From an uncultured Alphaproteobacteria bacterium (GTDB taxonomy: Bacteria; Pseudomonadota; Alphaproteobacteria; HIMB59; GCA-002718135), in NCBI GenBank assembly GCA_902623585.1, contig CACNUO010000005.1, positions 984 through 64,983 of the forward strand: DNA of 64,000 nt, given 5' to 3'. Below the pieces are notes generated by a model that ran no database searches, had not been told where the DNA came from, and saw nothing but the letters and a program-made list of their open reading frames with translations. A program made the position numbers and the translations under genes. This document shows positions 19,265 through 30,200 of the stretch, piece after piece (positions within the stretch are counted from its first letter, which is position 1; each line of letters starts with the position of its first letter).

Positions 19265-20182
19265 TTACTTAATTGCTCTTCTTAATCTGTCATTTATAGT
19301 TTTGCCAAGCCCTTTATCAGGTATTTCTACTACAGCAATTTTTTTGCATCTACTTTGATCTAATTTATGAAGATAATGATAAAAATTTTTTGCTGCTTCA
19401 TTTAAATTTTTTTTATTACTCAAATTTAAATTAATTATTTTAGACTTTAATTTATTATTGCCAAAATTTAATAAACCTTCATTTTTTAGTATTCTCTTAG
19501 CATTCATTCTTATTGGCTTTAAAGTTGAGTAATGTTTTTTTAAATTACCAGGAGAAATAGATGATTTCTTTTTAATTTTTACTTTTGCATATCTATTTAG
19601 CTCTTCAACAGTTATGCTACCATATCTTAATACTTCAATTTGATTATTGGTATCAATTCTAATTACTGTGGACTCTAATCCATGAGAAGACTGTTTATCT
19701 TTTAAAACAAATATTTTTTTTACTAGAATAGGATCGATATCCATAATATTGGTTACGGAAGTTCTTTCTGACAGATTAGCACTAGGGGCTGCAATAGGTA
19801 GGTCAAATAAAGTAATTAATTTTTTAGCCAATTTATTACCAGGAATTCTGCAGCCAACTAAAGTTGAGTTGTTAGAGACTAATTTTGATATTTTAGAATT
19901 TTTCTTTTTTTTTAATATTATCGTCAAGGGACCAGGCCAGAATTTTGAACCTAATTTTTTTTCAAATTTATTTAAAATAAAATATTTTTGTATTTGTTTA
20001 ATACTTTTAAAGTGACAGATAATTGGATTACTTCGTGGTCTTTTTTTTACTTTAAAAATAGATTTTACAGCCTCATCATTTGTTGCATCTGCTCCAAGAC
20101 CAAATACTGTTTCTGTGGGAAATATTACAAGTTCTCCACTGCTTAATAAATTTTTTGCAATATCTAACTTATTTTTTTTCAT
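19265..20182 (-). CDS. sua5: L-threonylcarbamoyladenylate synthase (Sua5/TsaC)
   Basis: PTETVFGLGADA, KKRPRSNP, FWPGPLT, APSANLS, INDRLRRA. Confidence 0.92.
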   Translation of the reverse strand: MKKNKLDIAKNLLSSGELVIFPTETVFGLGADATNDEAVKSIFKVKKRPRSNPIICHFKSIKQIQKYFILNKFEKKLGSKFWPGPLTIILKKKKNSKISKLVSNNSTLVGCRIPGNKLAKKLITLFDLPIAAPSANLSERTSVTNIMDIDPILVKKIFVLKDKQSSHGLESTVIRIDTNNQIEVLRYGSITVEELNRYAKVKIKKKSSISPGNLKKHYSTLKPIRMNAKRILKNEGLLNFGNNKLKSKIINLNLSNKKNLNEAAKNFYHYLHKLDQSRCKKIAVVEIPDKGLGKTINDRLRRAIK

Positions 20183-20239
20183 ATTTTTTTATAAAATGTT
20201 TCCATCTATCTTTAAAATAGTTATTATCAATACTTGTAT

Positions 20240-20872
20240 ATGGGAAAAGTTATAGCATTTTCGAATCAAAAAGGTGGTTCAGGTAAATCGACTCTTTCAG
20301 CAAATTTATCAGTTTTGTGGAGCAATAGTGGTTACAAAGTAGCTGTTATAGATGCTGATGCACAAAAAAGTCTATCATATTGGCTTGAAGCAAGAAAATC
20401 TTATTATGGTGAAGATGATATTGGAATAACTCAATTAAATTTTGATATAAGGAATTTAATAGACGAAATTAAAGCCATAAAAAGAAAGTACGACTTTATA
20501 ATAATTGATAGCCCTCCATCTATAACTTTTGAAACAATGCAGGTTGTAAAAGCTTCTGATAGGGTATTTGTTCCAGTACAACCAAGTCCAGTAGACTTAA
20601 TGGCTACACTTCCTTTTTTAAAAATTGCAAAACAAGAAAGAAAAAATCCAATAATTATTCTTAATAGAGTGATGCCGAGAGCAAAATTAACTGACGCAAT
20701 GATTTTGCGTTTAAGATATGCTGGAGCTAAAATTGCTCGCTCCCGACTGTCTAGCAAAGTATTATTTGCAGAAACATTCTCAGTTGGAAGGGGTGTAGTA
20801 GATATAAGTGTTACATCAGATGCTTCAAAAGAAATAATTAATGTTGGAAACGAAATTTTAAGAAATTTCTAA
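20240..20872 (+). CDS. Orphan ParA-family ATPase
   Basis: NQKGGSGKST, IDADAQ, IIDSPP, PVQPSPVD; ATG 20240. Confidence 0.88.
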   Translation: MGKVIAFSNQKGGSGKSTLSANLSVLWSNSGYKVAVIDADAQKSLSYWLEARKSYYGEDDIGITQLNFDIRNLIDEIKAIKRKYDFIIIDSPPSITFETMQVVKASDRVFVPVQPSPVDLMATLPFLKIAKQERKNPIIILNRVMPRAKLTDAMILRLRYAGAKIARSRLSSKVLFAETFSVGRGVVDISVTSDASKEIINVGNEILRNF

Positions 20873-20876
20873 CTTA

Positions 20877-22175
20877 ATGTCTGATATTACAACTGTTATA
20901 CTTGCTGCAGGTAATAGTACGAGATTTAAAGCAAGTAAATCAAAGCTTGTTTATCCATTATGCGGGTTACCAATTGTTTCACATATTTTTAATATTGCAA
21001 AAAAAATATCTGGTAAAAATATATTAGTTGTATCTAATGAAAAAAATAAAGAAGAATTAAAATTAATATTAAATACCTCAAAGTTAGTTGTTCAAAAAAA
21101 ACAAAAAGGAACCGCTGATGCAATTGAGCAAGTTAAAAAATATGTTAAGTCAAAAAATATTTTAATTTTATTTGGTGATACACCTTTAGTTGAAATTAAA
21201 GATATAAGAAAACTAGTAAGTAAATTTAAAAAAAGTAAAGCGAAAGCTTCATTAATTGCATTTAATACTTCAGAGCCACATGGTTATGGTAGGTTATTAT
21301 TAAATAACAACTACGTTGAACAAATAATTGAGCAAATCAATTTAAAACCTGAACAAAAAAAAATCAATTTATGTAATTCTGGTATTTTGATAGCAAATAC
21401 TAAATTATTATTTGATAATTTAAAAAATATTAAAGAAAATAAAATTAAAAAAGAAAGATATCTTCCTGATATATGTAAAATTTTTTCAAAAAAAAATATT
21501 CCTATCAATTATATTGAGTGCAACAAAGAAACAATGTTGGGCATAAATACATTGGATGATTTTAATGTTGTACAAAATATCTTGCAAAAAAAATACGTAA
21601 AAAATTTTATAAAAAATGGAGTCAATTTTTTAAAACCCAATACTTGTTATTTAAGCTATGACACCAAAATTGAACCTAATGTTACAATTGAAAGCAATGT
21701 TACAATAAAGGAAAAAACAATTATAAAAAAAGGCTCAATAATTAAAAGTAATTCATACTTAGAAGAAGTTACAATAGATGAAAATTCACAAATTGGTCCA
21801 AGTGCTAGATTAAGACCAAAAACAAAAATCGGAAAAAAATCAAAGATTGGTAACTTTGTTGAAATAAAAAATTCTATAATTGGAAATAATGTTTCTATTG
21901 CTCATCTTTCATATGTTGGAGATTCAGAAATAGGAAATAATGTGAATATAGGTGCTGGCACAATAACTTGTAACTATGATGGAAAGAAAAAACACAAAAC
22001 GATAATAAAAGATAATGTATTTATAGGTTCAAACACATCACTCATTGCTCCAGTTGTAATTGAGTCTAAATCTAGAATTGGTGCAGGTAGTGTTATCACT
22101 AAAAATATTCCCAAAAATTCACTTGCTATTGAAAGATCAGCCTTAAAAATTCTAAGAAATAAAAGATCTAAATAA
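20877..22175 (+). CDS. glmU: Bifunctional UDP-GlcNAc pyrophosphorylase/GlcN-1-P acetyltransferase
   Basis: ILAAG.STRF, GTADA, GDTPL, GYGR, GNFVEIK, HLSYVGD, GAGTITCNYDG. Confidence 0.95.
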   Translation: MSDITTVILAAGNSTRFKASKSKLVYPLCGLPIVSHIFNIAKKISGKNILVVSNEKNKEELKLILNTSKLVVQKKQKGTADAIEQVKKYVKSKNILILFGDTPLVEIKDIRKLVSKFKKSKAKASLIAFNTSEPHGYGRLLLNNNYVEQIIEQINLKPEQKKINLCNSGILIANTKLLFDNLKNIKENKIKKERYLPDICKIFSKKNIPINYIECNKETMLGINTLDDFNVVQNILQKKYVKNFIKNGVNFLKPNTCYLSYDTKIEPNVTIESNVTIKEKTIIKKGSIIKSNSYLEEVTIDENSQIGPSARLRPKTKIGKKSKIGNFVEIKNSIIGNNVSIAHLSYVGDSEIGNNVNIGAGTITCNYDGKKKHKTIIKDNVFIGSNTSLIAPVVIESKSRIGAGSVITKNIPKNSLAIERSALKILRNKRSK

Positions 22176-22222
22176 TAACCCTTGTTTCAAGATATATTAG
22201 GGTTTAAGAGCCTTTTCAAATT

Positions 22223-23596
22223 ATGAGCGATAAATGGTCACCAAATAGTTGGAGAAATAAAAATGCTCTTCATATGCCTAACTATCAGAATGAAGATCAT
22301 CTAAATCAAACTCTAAATGAAATTTCCAAATATCCACCTTTAGTTTTTGCTGGAGAAGCGAGACTATTAAAAAAGAAACTTGGAGAAGTTTCAAACGGGA
22401 ATGCTTTTTTATTACAAGGTGGAGATTGTGCAGAAAGTTTTGCAGATTTTCATCCAGATAATATTAGAGATACATTTAAAGTTATTTTACAAATGGCTGT
22501 TGTATTAACGTTTGGCGCTTCTTGTCCAATTGTTAAAGTAGGAAGAATTGCTGGACAGTTTGCAAAGCCAAGATCATCTGCCACAGAAGTTATTAATGAT
22601 TTAGAACTTGAGTCTTATAAAGGCGACATAATTAATGGGATAGACTTCAATCAAAAAGACAGAGATCCTAATCCAGATAGATTAATTCAGGCCTACAATC
22701 AGTCTGCATCTACACTTAATCTTTTAAGAGCTTTTTCTCAGGGCGGTTTTGCCAATTTAAATAAAATACATCAATGGAACCTAAATTTTGTTAAAGGTGA
22801 GAATGCTGCTAAATTTAGAGAGATATCTTCTAGAATTGACGAATGCTTATCTTTTATGGAGGCATGTGGAATAAATGGAAACAGTGTAAGACAATTAAAT
22901 GAAACAGACTTCTTTACAAGTCATGAAGCTTTACTTCTTCAATATGAGGAAGCATTAACAAGAATAGATAGTACTTCAGGTAAGTGGTACGATGTTTCAG
23001 CTCACATGTTGTGGGTAGGTGACAGAACACGACAACTTGATGGAGCACATATTGAATTTTTGAGAGGTATTGAGAACCCTATAGGTATTAAAGTGGGTCC
23101 AAGCACAAAGACAGAAGAATTATTAAAGATATTAGATGTGTTGAATCCAAATAATGAAGCTGGAAAAATAACGCTGATATGTAGAATGGGTCATGAAAAA
23201 GTTAGTGGAATACTTCCAAAAATAATTAGATCAGTTAATTCAGCTGGTAAAAATGTTGTTTGGACTTGTGACCCCATGCATGGAAATACTATCAAATCTA
23301 ACACGGGTTTTAAAACTAGGCCATTAAAAGATATAATTTCTGAAATTCAGCAATTTTTTCAAATTCACAGAAGCGAAGGAACATATCCAGGTGGCGTCCA
23401 TTTAGAAATGACTGGTCAAGATGTTACAGAATGTATGGGAGGTCTTCAAGAAATAACAGATGAAGATTTAAAAAATAGATATCACACATATTGTGATCCG
23501 AGACTAAATGCCTCGCAGTCTCTAGAATTGGCTTTTTTATTATCAGATTTTTTAAAAGAAGAAAAAATGCTCTCAAAGCAATCTTCAAATTTATAA
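22223..23596 (+). CDS. Class II DAHP synthase
   Basis: LLQGGDCAESF, GRIAGQFAKPRS, WVGDRTRQ, CDPMHGNT, CDPRLN. Confidence 0.95.
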   Translation: MSDKWSPNSWRNKNALHMPNYQNEDHLNQTLNEISKYPPLVFAGEARLLKKKLGEVSNGNAFLLQGGDCAESFADFHPDNIRDTFKVILQMAVVLTFGASCPIVKVGRIAGQFAKPRSSATEVINDLELESYKGDIINGIDFNQKDRDPNPDRLIQAYNQSASTLNLLRAFSQGGFANLNKIHQWNLNFVKGENAAKFREISSRIDECLSFMEACGINGNSVRQLNETDFFTSHEALLLQYEEALTRIDSTSGKWYDVSAHMLWVGDRTRQLDGAHIEFLRGIENPIGIKVGPSTKTEELLKILDVLNPNNEAGKITLICRMGHEKVSGILPKIIRSVNSAGKNVVWTCDPMHGNTIKSNTGFKTRPLKDIISEIQQFFQIHRSEGTYPGGVHLEMTGQDVTECMGGLQEITDEDLKNRYHTYCDPRLNASQSLELAFLLSDFLKEEKMLSKQSSNL

Positions 23597-23617
23597 ATTT
23601 ATATTTATATATTACTT

Positions 23618-24358
23618 ATGAATTCAAAAGATAAAATCGTATACATTACCAATTGGATTAAAGATTACGCTAAAACTATAAATAATAATCCAACTACACT
23701 AGTAATAGGAGTGTCAGGAGGAGTTGACTCAGCTCTTACTAGCACCTTATGTGCTCAAACTGGTTTAAAAACTATAGCTGTTTCAATGCCTATTAAGCAA
23801 AATTCATCACAACATGATTTAAGTTTAAGACATTTAGAATTTTTAGAGCAAAATTACCCAAATGTAGAAACAAAAATAATCGAGCTAGATAATGTTTTTA
23901 AAACATTTCAAAATACGATGCAAAATTTTGATAGTGAGTTAGCTTTTGCAAATTCAAGATCTAGACTAAGAATGGTAACTCTATACCAAATAGCTCAAAG
24001 TAATAATGGTATAGTTGTTGGTACTGGAAATAAAGTTGAAGATTTTGGTGTTGGATTTTATACAAAATATGGTGATGGAGGCGTAGATATATCGCCAATA
24101 GCAGATTGTACTAAAACTGAGGTGTGGGAATTAGCCGAAGAAATTGGGGTTATAAAAGATATTATTAGCGCAGCACCGACAGATGGTTTATGGGATGATA
24201 GTAGAAATGATGAAAGCCAGCTTGGTCTTTCATATAAGCAATTAGAAGAAGCAATGGATAATAAGTCTAGTGTATATTACAGTAGATACGAAGAAATTAG
24301 AAAGCCAAATCTTCATAAGATGAAGCCTATTCCCGTTTGCGAAATTCCTAAAGAATAA
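23618..24358 (+). CDS. nadE: NH3-dependent NAD+ synthetase
   Basis: GVSGGVDS, SRLRM, GTGNK, FYTKYGDGGVD. Confidence 0.95.
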   Translation: MNSKDKIVYITNWIKDYAKTINNNPTTLVIGVSGGVDSALTSTLCAQTGLKTIAVSMPIKQNSSQHDLSLRHLEFLEQNYPNVETKIIELDNVFKTFQNTMQNFDSELAFANSRSRLRMVTLYQIAQSNNGIVVGTGNKVEDFGVGFYTKYGDGGVDISPIADCTKTEVWELAEEIGVIKDIISAAPTDGLWDDSRNDESQLGLSYKQLEEAMDNKSSVYYSRYEEIRKPNLHKMKPIPVCEIPKE

Positions 24359-24359
24359 T

Positions 24360-25694
24360 ATGAAGTGTAGGTTCGCTCCTAGTCCTACAGGAAAAATACA
24401 TATCGGTAATGCTAGATCAGCAATTTTGAATTGGATTTTTTGTCAAAAAAATCAAGGTGAGTTTGTATTAAGAATTGATGATACTGATGCCAATAGGAGT
24501 TCTAAAGAATTTGAGACAAGTATCAAAGATGATCTTAAATGGCTTGGATTAAATTGGAGTTACACTTTTAATCAGTCCTCTAGACAACATATTTACAATG
24601 AGAAAATCCAAATTCTAAAACAAAAGAAAAGACTTTATCCATGTTTTGAAACAGAAGAGGAATTAGCTTTAAAGAAAAAATCTTTGTTATCATCTGGGAA
24701 ACCACCTATTTATGATAGATCATCATTAAATCTAAGTGATGAAGAAGTAGAAAAAAAAATAGAATCAGGAATCCAACCCCATTGGAGATTCAAATTAGAT
24801 CATGAAAATATTAGTTGGAAAGATATTATTAAAGGAGATGTTTCATTTGATGCAAAAAATTTGAGTGATCCTGTTTTAATTAGAGCTGATGGAACCTTGT
24901 TATACCATTTACCTTCAGTCATTGATGATATTGAAGAAAAAATTACACATATTATTAGAGGGGAGGATCACATAGCTAATACTGCCTATCATATTCAAAT
25001 TTTTAAGGCTCTTGAATCTTCTATTCCATCATTTGCTCATCATCCATTCTTAGTTGATGAAACTGGTAAGGGTTTTAGCAAAAGACTTGGAAGTCTTTCA
25101 ATTGAAAATTTTAGAGACGAAGGATATGAAAATATATCGTTACTTAATTATTTTCTTTTTATTGGTTCGAGCAGTAATATTGATCCAATCAAAGATTTAA
25201 ATGAAATAGTAAAAAAATTTGATATTCAAAGCTTATCTAGATCTTCTGCTAAATTTTCAATTGAATCCTTAAGAAATCTTAATGAAAATACCATTAAATT
25301 ATTTAGTTATAATGAGATTAGTCATAAGTTAAAAAATATAAAATCAAATTTTCAAAAAGAGAGTTTTTGGCGTTTTATTAAAAATAATATTTCATTTATT
25401 AAGCAAGCTAAAGAATGGGAAGAAGTAATTACAAAAATAAATAATGCTAAAGATTTAAATATTGATGATAATTTTATTAATACGGCAGTTGATGAATTAC
25501 CCGAGGATCCTTTTGATGAAACAACATGGGATCATTGGACATCAAAAATTAACAAAAAAACTGGGCTTAAAGGAAAAGATTTATTTATGCCTTTGAGGTT
25601 GATTTTGACAGGAAAATCTCATGGACCCGAATTAAAATATCTACTACCATTATTTAATAGAGACGAAATCTTGCAAAAACTTGGAAAAATCTAG
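24360..25694 (+). CDS. gltX: Glutamate-tRNA ligase
   Basis: RFAPSPTG, HIGN, LRIDDTD, IIRGEDH, FSKR. Confidence 0.93.
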   Translation: MKCRFAPSPTGKIHIGNARSAILNWIFCQKNQGEFVLRIDDTDANRSSKEFETSIKDDLKWLGLNWSYTFNQSSRQHIYNEKIQILKQKKRLYPCFETEEELALKKKSLLSSGKPPIYDRSSLNLSDEEVEKKIESGIQPHWRFKLDHENISWKDIIKGDVSFDAKNLSDPVLIRADGTLLYHLPSVIDDIEEKITHIIRGEDHIANTAYHIQIFKALESSIPSFAHHPFLVDETGKGFSKRLGSLSIENFRDEGYENISLLNYFLFIGSSSNIDPIKDLNEIVKKFDIQSLSRSSAKFSIESLRNLNENTIKLFSYNEISHKLKNIKSNFQKESFWRFIKNNISFIKQAKEWEEVITKINNAKDLNIDDNFINTAVDELPEDPFDETTWDHWTSKINKKTGLKGKDLFMPLRLILTGKSHGPELKYLLPLFNRDEILQKLGKI

Positions 25695-25732
25695 TAAATT
25701 TAAATTTATACTCTATTAGCGATCTAGTAATT

Positions 25733-27319
25733 ATGGAAGATAAAGTATATTTATTTGATACCACACTTAGAGATGGTCAGCAAACAACAGGAGTTAATTT
25801 TTCTGTTAGTGACAAAATGAATATATCTCAACATCTTGATGATTTAGGAATAGATTACATTGAAGGTGGATGGCCGGGAGCAAATCCTACCGATAATGAT
25901 TTTTTTTCAAGAAATACAAAATTTTCAAAAAGTAAATTAACTGCCTTTGGTATGACAAGAAGACCAGGGAGAAGTGCAGATAACGATCCAGGACTAAATG
26001 CACTTATTAATTCAAGCGCAAGTTGTGTTTGTATTGTCGGTAAATCATCATCATTTCACGTAAAAAATGCTTTAGAAATATCTGAAGATGAAAATTTAAA
26101 AATGATCAGTGATAGTATTCAATCAATAAAAAATAAAAACAAAGAGTCAATTTTTGATGCAGAACATTTTTTTGATGGCTTTAAAGAAAATAAAGAGTTT
26201 GCATTGAATTGTATTAAAGCAGCGTATGAGGCTGGTGCAAGATGGGTTGTTCTTTGTGATACAAATGGGGGAACTCTTCCAGATGAAATTTACAATATTG
26301 TTTCAGAAGTAGTAAAAGTTATACCAGGTCAAAATGTTGGTATACATGCTCACAATGATACTGATAATGCAGTTGCAAATGCATTAGCAGCTATTAATGC
26401 TGGAGCAAGACAGATACAGGGAACGATTAACGGTTTAGGAGAAAGATGTGGAAATACTAATTTAATCTCCTTAATTCCATCTTTGGTTTTAAAAACAAAA
26501 TATCAAACTAACATTTCAAAAGATAAATTAAAAAATTTAATTCACATTTCCAGAACCTTGAATGATATTCTTAACATGCCTTCAAGAAAAAATGCTCCAT
26601 ATGTTGGAGATCATGCTTTTTCTCATAAAGGTGGATTGCATGCATCCGCAATAGAAAAAAATTCTTCAACTTATGAACATATTGAACCAGAAATAGTTGG
26701 TAATTCTAGAAACGTCGTAATTTCTAATCAGGCAGGAAGATCTAATATATTAAATCAATTAAATAAGATTAATATTGATCTACCTAAAAATGAAATCAAT
26801 AATATCTTAGAGATTATCAAGGAAAAAGAATCAGAAGGATATTCATTTGATACTGCTTTAGCTAGTTTTGAACTATTAGTAAGACGTCATCTTGGTCATT
26901 TTGAGGATTTTTATAATTTAGAAAAATTTAGAGTCACAGATGAAAGAAGATGGAATGCTAAAGGTGAAATTGTTACTGAAGCAGAGGCTACAGTTTTTTT
27001 AAAAGTTAAAGATTCAAATATGATGACAGTGGGCACTGGAAATGGTCCAGTGAATGCTATTGATAGTGCATTAAGAAAAGCTTTAATTGATTATTATCCT
27101 AATCTCAAAGATTTAAAGTTAACTGATTACAAAGTTATGATTCTTTCATCAGAAAAAGGTACTGGTGCTATCACAAGAGTTTTAATTGAATCATCTGATT
27201 CTACTAATACACATTGGACAACTATTGGCGTATCTCCAAATATTATTGATGCATCTTATAGTGCTATTTTTGATAGCATTACTTTTAAGTTATTAAATGA
27301 TTTAAAGAATAAAAATTGA
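25733..27319 (+). CDS. cimA: Citramalate synthase
   Basis: DTTLRDGQQ, EGGWPGANP, DAEHFFDG, HAHND, HKGGLHAS, GNGPVNA. Confidence 0.9.
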   Translation: MEDKVYLFDTTLRDGQQTTGVNFSVSDKMNISQHLDDLGIDYIEGGWPGANPTDNDFFSRNTKFSKSKLTAFGMTRRPGRSADNDPGLNALINSSASCVCIVGKSSSFHVKNALEISEDENLKMISDSIQSIKNKNKESIFDAEHFFDGFKENKEFALNCIKAAYEAGARWVVLCDTNGGTLPDEIYNIVSEVVKVIPGQNVGIHAHNDTDNAVANALAAINAGARQIQGTINGLGERCGNTNLISLIPSLVLKTKYQTNISKDKLKNLIHISRTLNDILNMPSRKNAPYVGDHAFSHKGGLHASAIEKNSSTYEHIEPEIVGNSRNVVISNQAGRSNILNQLNKINIDLPKNEINNILEIIKEKESEGYSFDTALASFELLVRRHLGHFEDFYNLEKFRVTDERRWNAKGEIVTEAEATVFLKVKDSNMMTVGTGNGPVNAIDSALRKALIDYYPNLKDLKLTDYKVMILSSEKGTGAITRVLIESSDSTNTHWTTIGVSPNIIDASYSAIFDSITFKLLNDLKNKN

Positions 27320-28026
27320 CTCCAAAAAATCCAAGTATAATTTTAGTTAGACCCCAACTTCCTGAAAACATTGGAATGGTTGCTCGTGTTATGCACAACT
27401 TTGGTTTAAAAGATCTAATTATTGTTTCGCCAAGAGATAAATGGTTAAACAATAAATCAATAAATGCAGCAAAAAAAGCAACGAAAATTATTAACAATAT
27501 TAAAGTTTATGACGATTTAGAAATTGCACTTTCTAAATTTTCTTATGTTGTGGCCACAACGAATAGAAGAAGATATTTGGAAAAAAATTCTACTAACGAT
27601 TTTAAATTCATTAAAAGAAAAATTATTGTTAATAAAAAAACAGCAATACTTTTTGGTCCTGAAAATTCAGGACTTTCAAATGAGGATTTGAGATTATCTG
27701 ATATTATTTTTACTATTGAAACAAGTAGTAAAAGTAATTCATTAAACCTTTCTCATGCAGTTACTGTTTTAAGTCATAAATTATTTGAATTGAATAATTT
27801 AAAAATTACTAATTCTATTTCAATTGAAAAAGATAATATTAGTAAATATCAATTATCTAAATTCTTAAATTATGTGATTGAGAAACTTGAAAATAAAAAA
27901 TTTTTTACTCCAAATGAAAAAAAAGAAAGTATGAAAAATAATATTTATAGTATTTTCACAAAAATCCCTCTCACAAAGAAAGAATTGCAGACATTATGGG
28001 GAATTACTAAAAAACTTAATAAATAA
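27316..28026 (+). CDS. trmJ: tRNA 2'-O-methyltransferase, TrmJ/LasT (SPOUT)
   Basis: PENIGMVARVM.NFG, FGPENSGLSN, SLNLSHAV. Confidence 0.85.
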   Translation: MTPKNPSIILVRPQLPENIGMVARVMHNFGLKDLIIVSPRDKWLNNKSINAAKKATKIINNIKVYDDLEIALSKFSYVVATTNRRRYLEKNSTNDFKFIKRKIIVNKKTAILFGPENSGLSNEDLRLSDIIFTIETSSKSNSLNLSHAVTVLSHKLFELNNLKITNSISIEKDNISKYQLSKFLNYVIEKLENKKFFTPNEKKESMKNNIYSIFTKIPLTKKELQTLWGITKKLNK

Positions 28027-28049
28027 GCCAAAAATTGAGTATATTAAAT

Positions 28050-28077
28050 TTGACATAGTACTTTAAATCACTATATA
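28050..28077 (+). promoter_or_regulatory. Sigma70-type promoter of rpsD
   Basis: TTGACA (28050-28055) with 16-bp spacer to TATATA (28072-28077), 12 nt before ATG. Confidence 0.55.
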
Positions 28078-28089
28078 CGCCTGATAATA

Positions 28090-28710
28090 ATGACAAAAAG
28101 ACATAACGCTAAATACAAAATCGATAGAAGGTTAGGTGTGAACTTATGGGGGAGACCTAAAAGCCCTTTTAATAGAAGAAACTCAAAACCTGGTCAGCAC
28201 GGTGTACAGGGACAAAGAAAGAAATTATCAGATTATGGAAATCAGTTATTTGCTAAGCAAAAACTTAAATTTTATTACGGTGATTTAACTGAAAGACAAT
28301 TTAGGAATATTTTCAAAAAAGCTTCTAATATTAAAGGTGATACAAGTCAGATTTTAATTGAACTTTTAGAAAGAAGATTAGATGCTACAGTCTATAGAAT
28401 GAAATTTGTACCTACAATTTTTTCTGCAAGACAGCTAGTTAATCATGGTCATGTAAAGGTCAATGGAAAAAGAGTTAACATTCCATCTTATAGTGTTAAT
28501 GATGGAGATGAAATCTCAATAAGAGATAAAAGTAAAGAAATTAATTTAATTGTAGAATCAGTTAGTTCTCAAGAAAGAGAAATTCCAGAATACTTAGAAG
28601 TTGATGTAAAAGAGTTGAAAGGTCGTTTTTTAAGAGCACCTCTAATTCATGATGTCCCTTATCCTGTGACTATGGAGCCTAATTTAGTTATTGAGTATTA
28701 TTCAAGATAA
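28090..28710 (+). CDS. rpsD: 30S ribosomal protein S4
   Basis: [35 protein letters not shown]. Confidence 0.98.
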   Translation: MTKRHNAKYKIDRRLGVNLWGRPKSPFNRRNSKPGQHGVQGQRKKLSDYGNQLFAKQKLKFYYGDLTERQFRNIFKKASNIKGDTSQILIELLERRLDATVYRMKFVPTIFSARQLVNHGHVKVNGKRVNIPSYSVNDGDEISIRDKSKEINLIVESVSSQEREIPEYLEVDVKELKGRFLRAPLIHDVPYPVTMEPNLVIEYYSR

Positions 28711-29587
28711 TTTCTTTTTTATAACTATCATAAATATAAATTATTATTCCTATCCAAATAATTATGAATGATATTAATTTAATTTGTAAAATTTCTTCAT
28801 TAAGAATAAATACTGAAGTTATAAAATGAAATGTTGGTGCTAAGTAAAATAAAACTCCAGCAAGACCTAATTGAATAAATTTTAAACCCAAATTAAAAAA
28901 AAATAATGGAAAAATCGTTACAGCTCCAGTTAAAATTAAAAATAATGATGTCTTCAAATCAATACTAAAGATACTATTTTCATTTTGCCAAAATAAATAA
29001 ACTAAATATGGGATAGATATTAAAGATATTATGAAAGTCTCATATAGTAAACCAATTGAAGGATTAACATTAACTTGTTTTCTTAATAATCCATATATTG
29101 CCCATGAGGTTCCAATCCAAATTATTAGTAATGGAAATTGATTTAAATTAATAAATAAGAATAATATACCTGACAACATGAGACATACAGATACAAATTT
29201 AGGCTTATTTATTTTCTCATTTAAAAAAAAATAACCAAGAACAATACTTATCATTGGAGTAATAAAGTAACCCATTGATGCATCCTGAACTCTTTCTTGT
29301 CCTACAGAATAAATAAAACCTGCCCAGTTACCAGTAATAAGAAAAGCTGTAATTGTTAAAATAAAAATTCTTTTTCTAGATTTAAATATTTCAATAAAAT
29401 CACTTATGTTTGAATTTAAAATTAATAATAAAAATAAAAAGATGAATGACCAAAAACCTCTATGAGCTACAACTTCTATAGTCTCAACGTGATTTAATTC
29501 ATTAAAAAAAAGGGGTTGTGGAAGCCCCCAAAAAATTGCTGCAATACAGGAAAATATTACACCTTTAGAAAATTTATTATTTAACAA
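28688..29587 (-). CDS. rarD: RarD/EamA family transporter
   Basis: 10-TM profile; [26 protein letters not shown]. Confidence 0.88.
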   Translation of the reverse strand: MLNNKFSKGVIFSCIAAIFWGLPQPLFFNELNHVETIEVVAHRGFWSFIFLFLLLILNSNISDFIEIFKSRKRIFILTITAFLITGNWAGFIYSVGQERVQDASMGYFITPMISIVLGYFFLNEKINKPKFVSVCLMLSGILFLFINLNQFPLLIIWIGTSWAIYGLLRKQVNVNPSIGLLYETFIISLISIPYLVYLFWQNENSIFSIDLKTSLFLILTGAVTIFPLFFFNLGLKFIQLGLAGVLFYLAPTFHFITSVFILNEEILQIKLISFIIIWIGIIIYIYDSYKKEIILNNTQ

Positions 29588-29588
29588 A

Positions 29589-29930
29589 CTAGGACGGGTT
29601 TACGTCTATTCCATTTGTATTGAATAATTCTAATAATTCACCACTTTCAAACATTTCAGTTATGATATCACACCCACCTATAAATTCTTTCTTAACATAA
29701 AGCTGTGGTATGGTTGGCCAATTAGAATATATTTTAATACCTTCTCTCATTTCGTCACTCTCTAACACATTCACACTTCCAAATTTAACACCTACTTTAT
29801 TTAATATTTCAACTACTCTTGCAGAAAATCCACACATTGGAAATACAGGAGTGCCCTTCATGAAAAGCATAACATCATTTGAGTTAATTTCATTTTCTAT
29901 ATTTTGAGATACATGGTCGTTATTATTCAT
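29589..29930 (-). CDS. grxD: Monothiol glutaredoxin Grx4
   Basis: FMKGTP.FPMCGFS, WPTIPQLY, GGCDI. Confidence 0.96.
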   Translation of the reverse strand: MNNNDHVSQNIENEINSNDVMLFMKGTPVFPMCGFSARVVEILNKVGVKFGSVNVLESDEMREGIKIYSNWPTIPQLYVKKEFIGGCDIITEMFESGELLELFNTNGIDVNPS

Positions 29931-29932
29931 TA

Positions 29933-30163
29933 TTACTCCGATACAGTTTTTAGCTTAAGTGCGTGCAAATCACTACCCATTTTACCATTAAAAGCATCAT
30001 AAACCATCTTATGTTGTTCTACTCTTGTTTTTCCAGAAAAGGATTTTGACCTCACTGTAGCACTGTAATGATCACCGTCTCCTTTAAGATCTTCAATTTC
30101 AACAGTTGCATCTGGTATAGCTTCTTTAATAAATTGTTCAATTTGTTCAACAGTCATTGGCAT
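29933..30163 (-). CDS. BolA family protein
   Basis: GDGDHY, F.GKTRVEQHKMVY, LHAL. Confidence 0.93.
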   Translation of the reverse strand: MPMTVEQIEQFIKEAIPDATVEIEDLKGDGDHYSATVRSKSFSGKTRVEQHKMVYDAFNGKMGSDLHALKLKTVSE

Positions 30164-30200
30164 AGTTATAAAATAGTTCAGATATTAAAAAAAATAAAGA

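Noticed and set aside
21670-22110. Short repeats (AATGTTACAAT etc.) in glmU
   Set aside because: Explained by hexapeptide beta-helix repeats of the acetyltransferase domain
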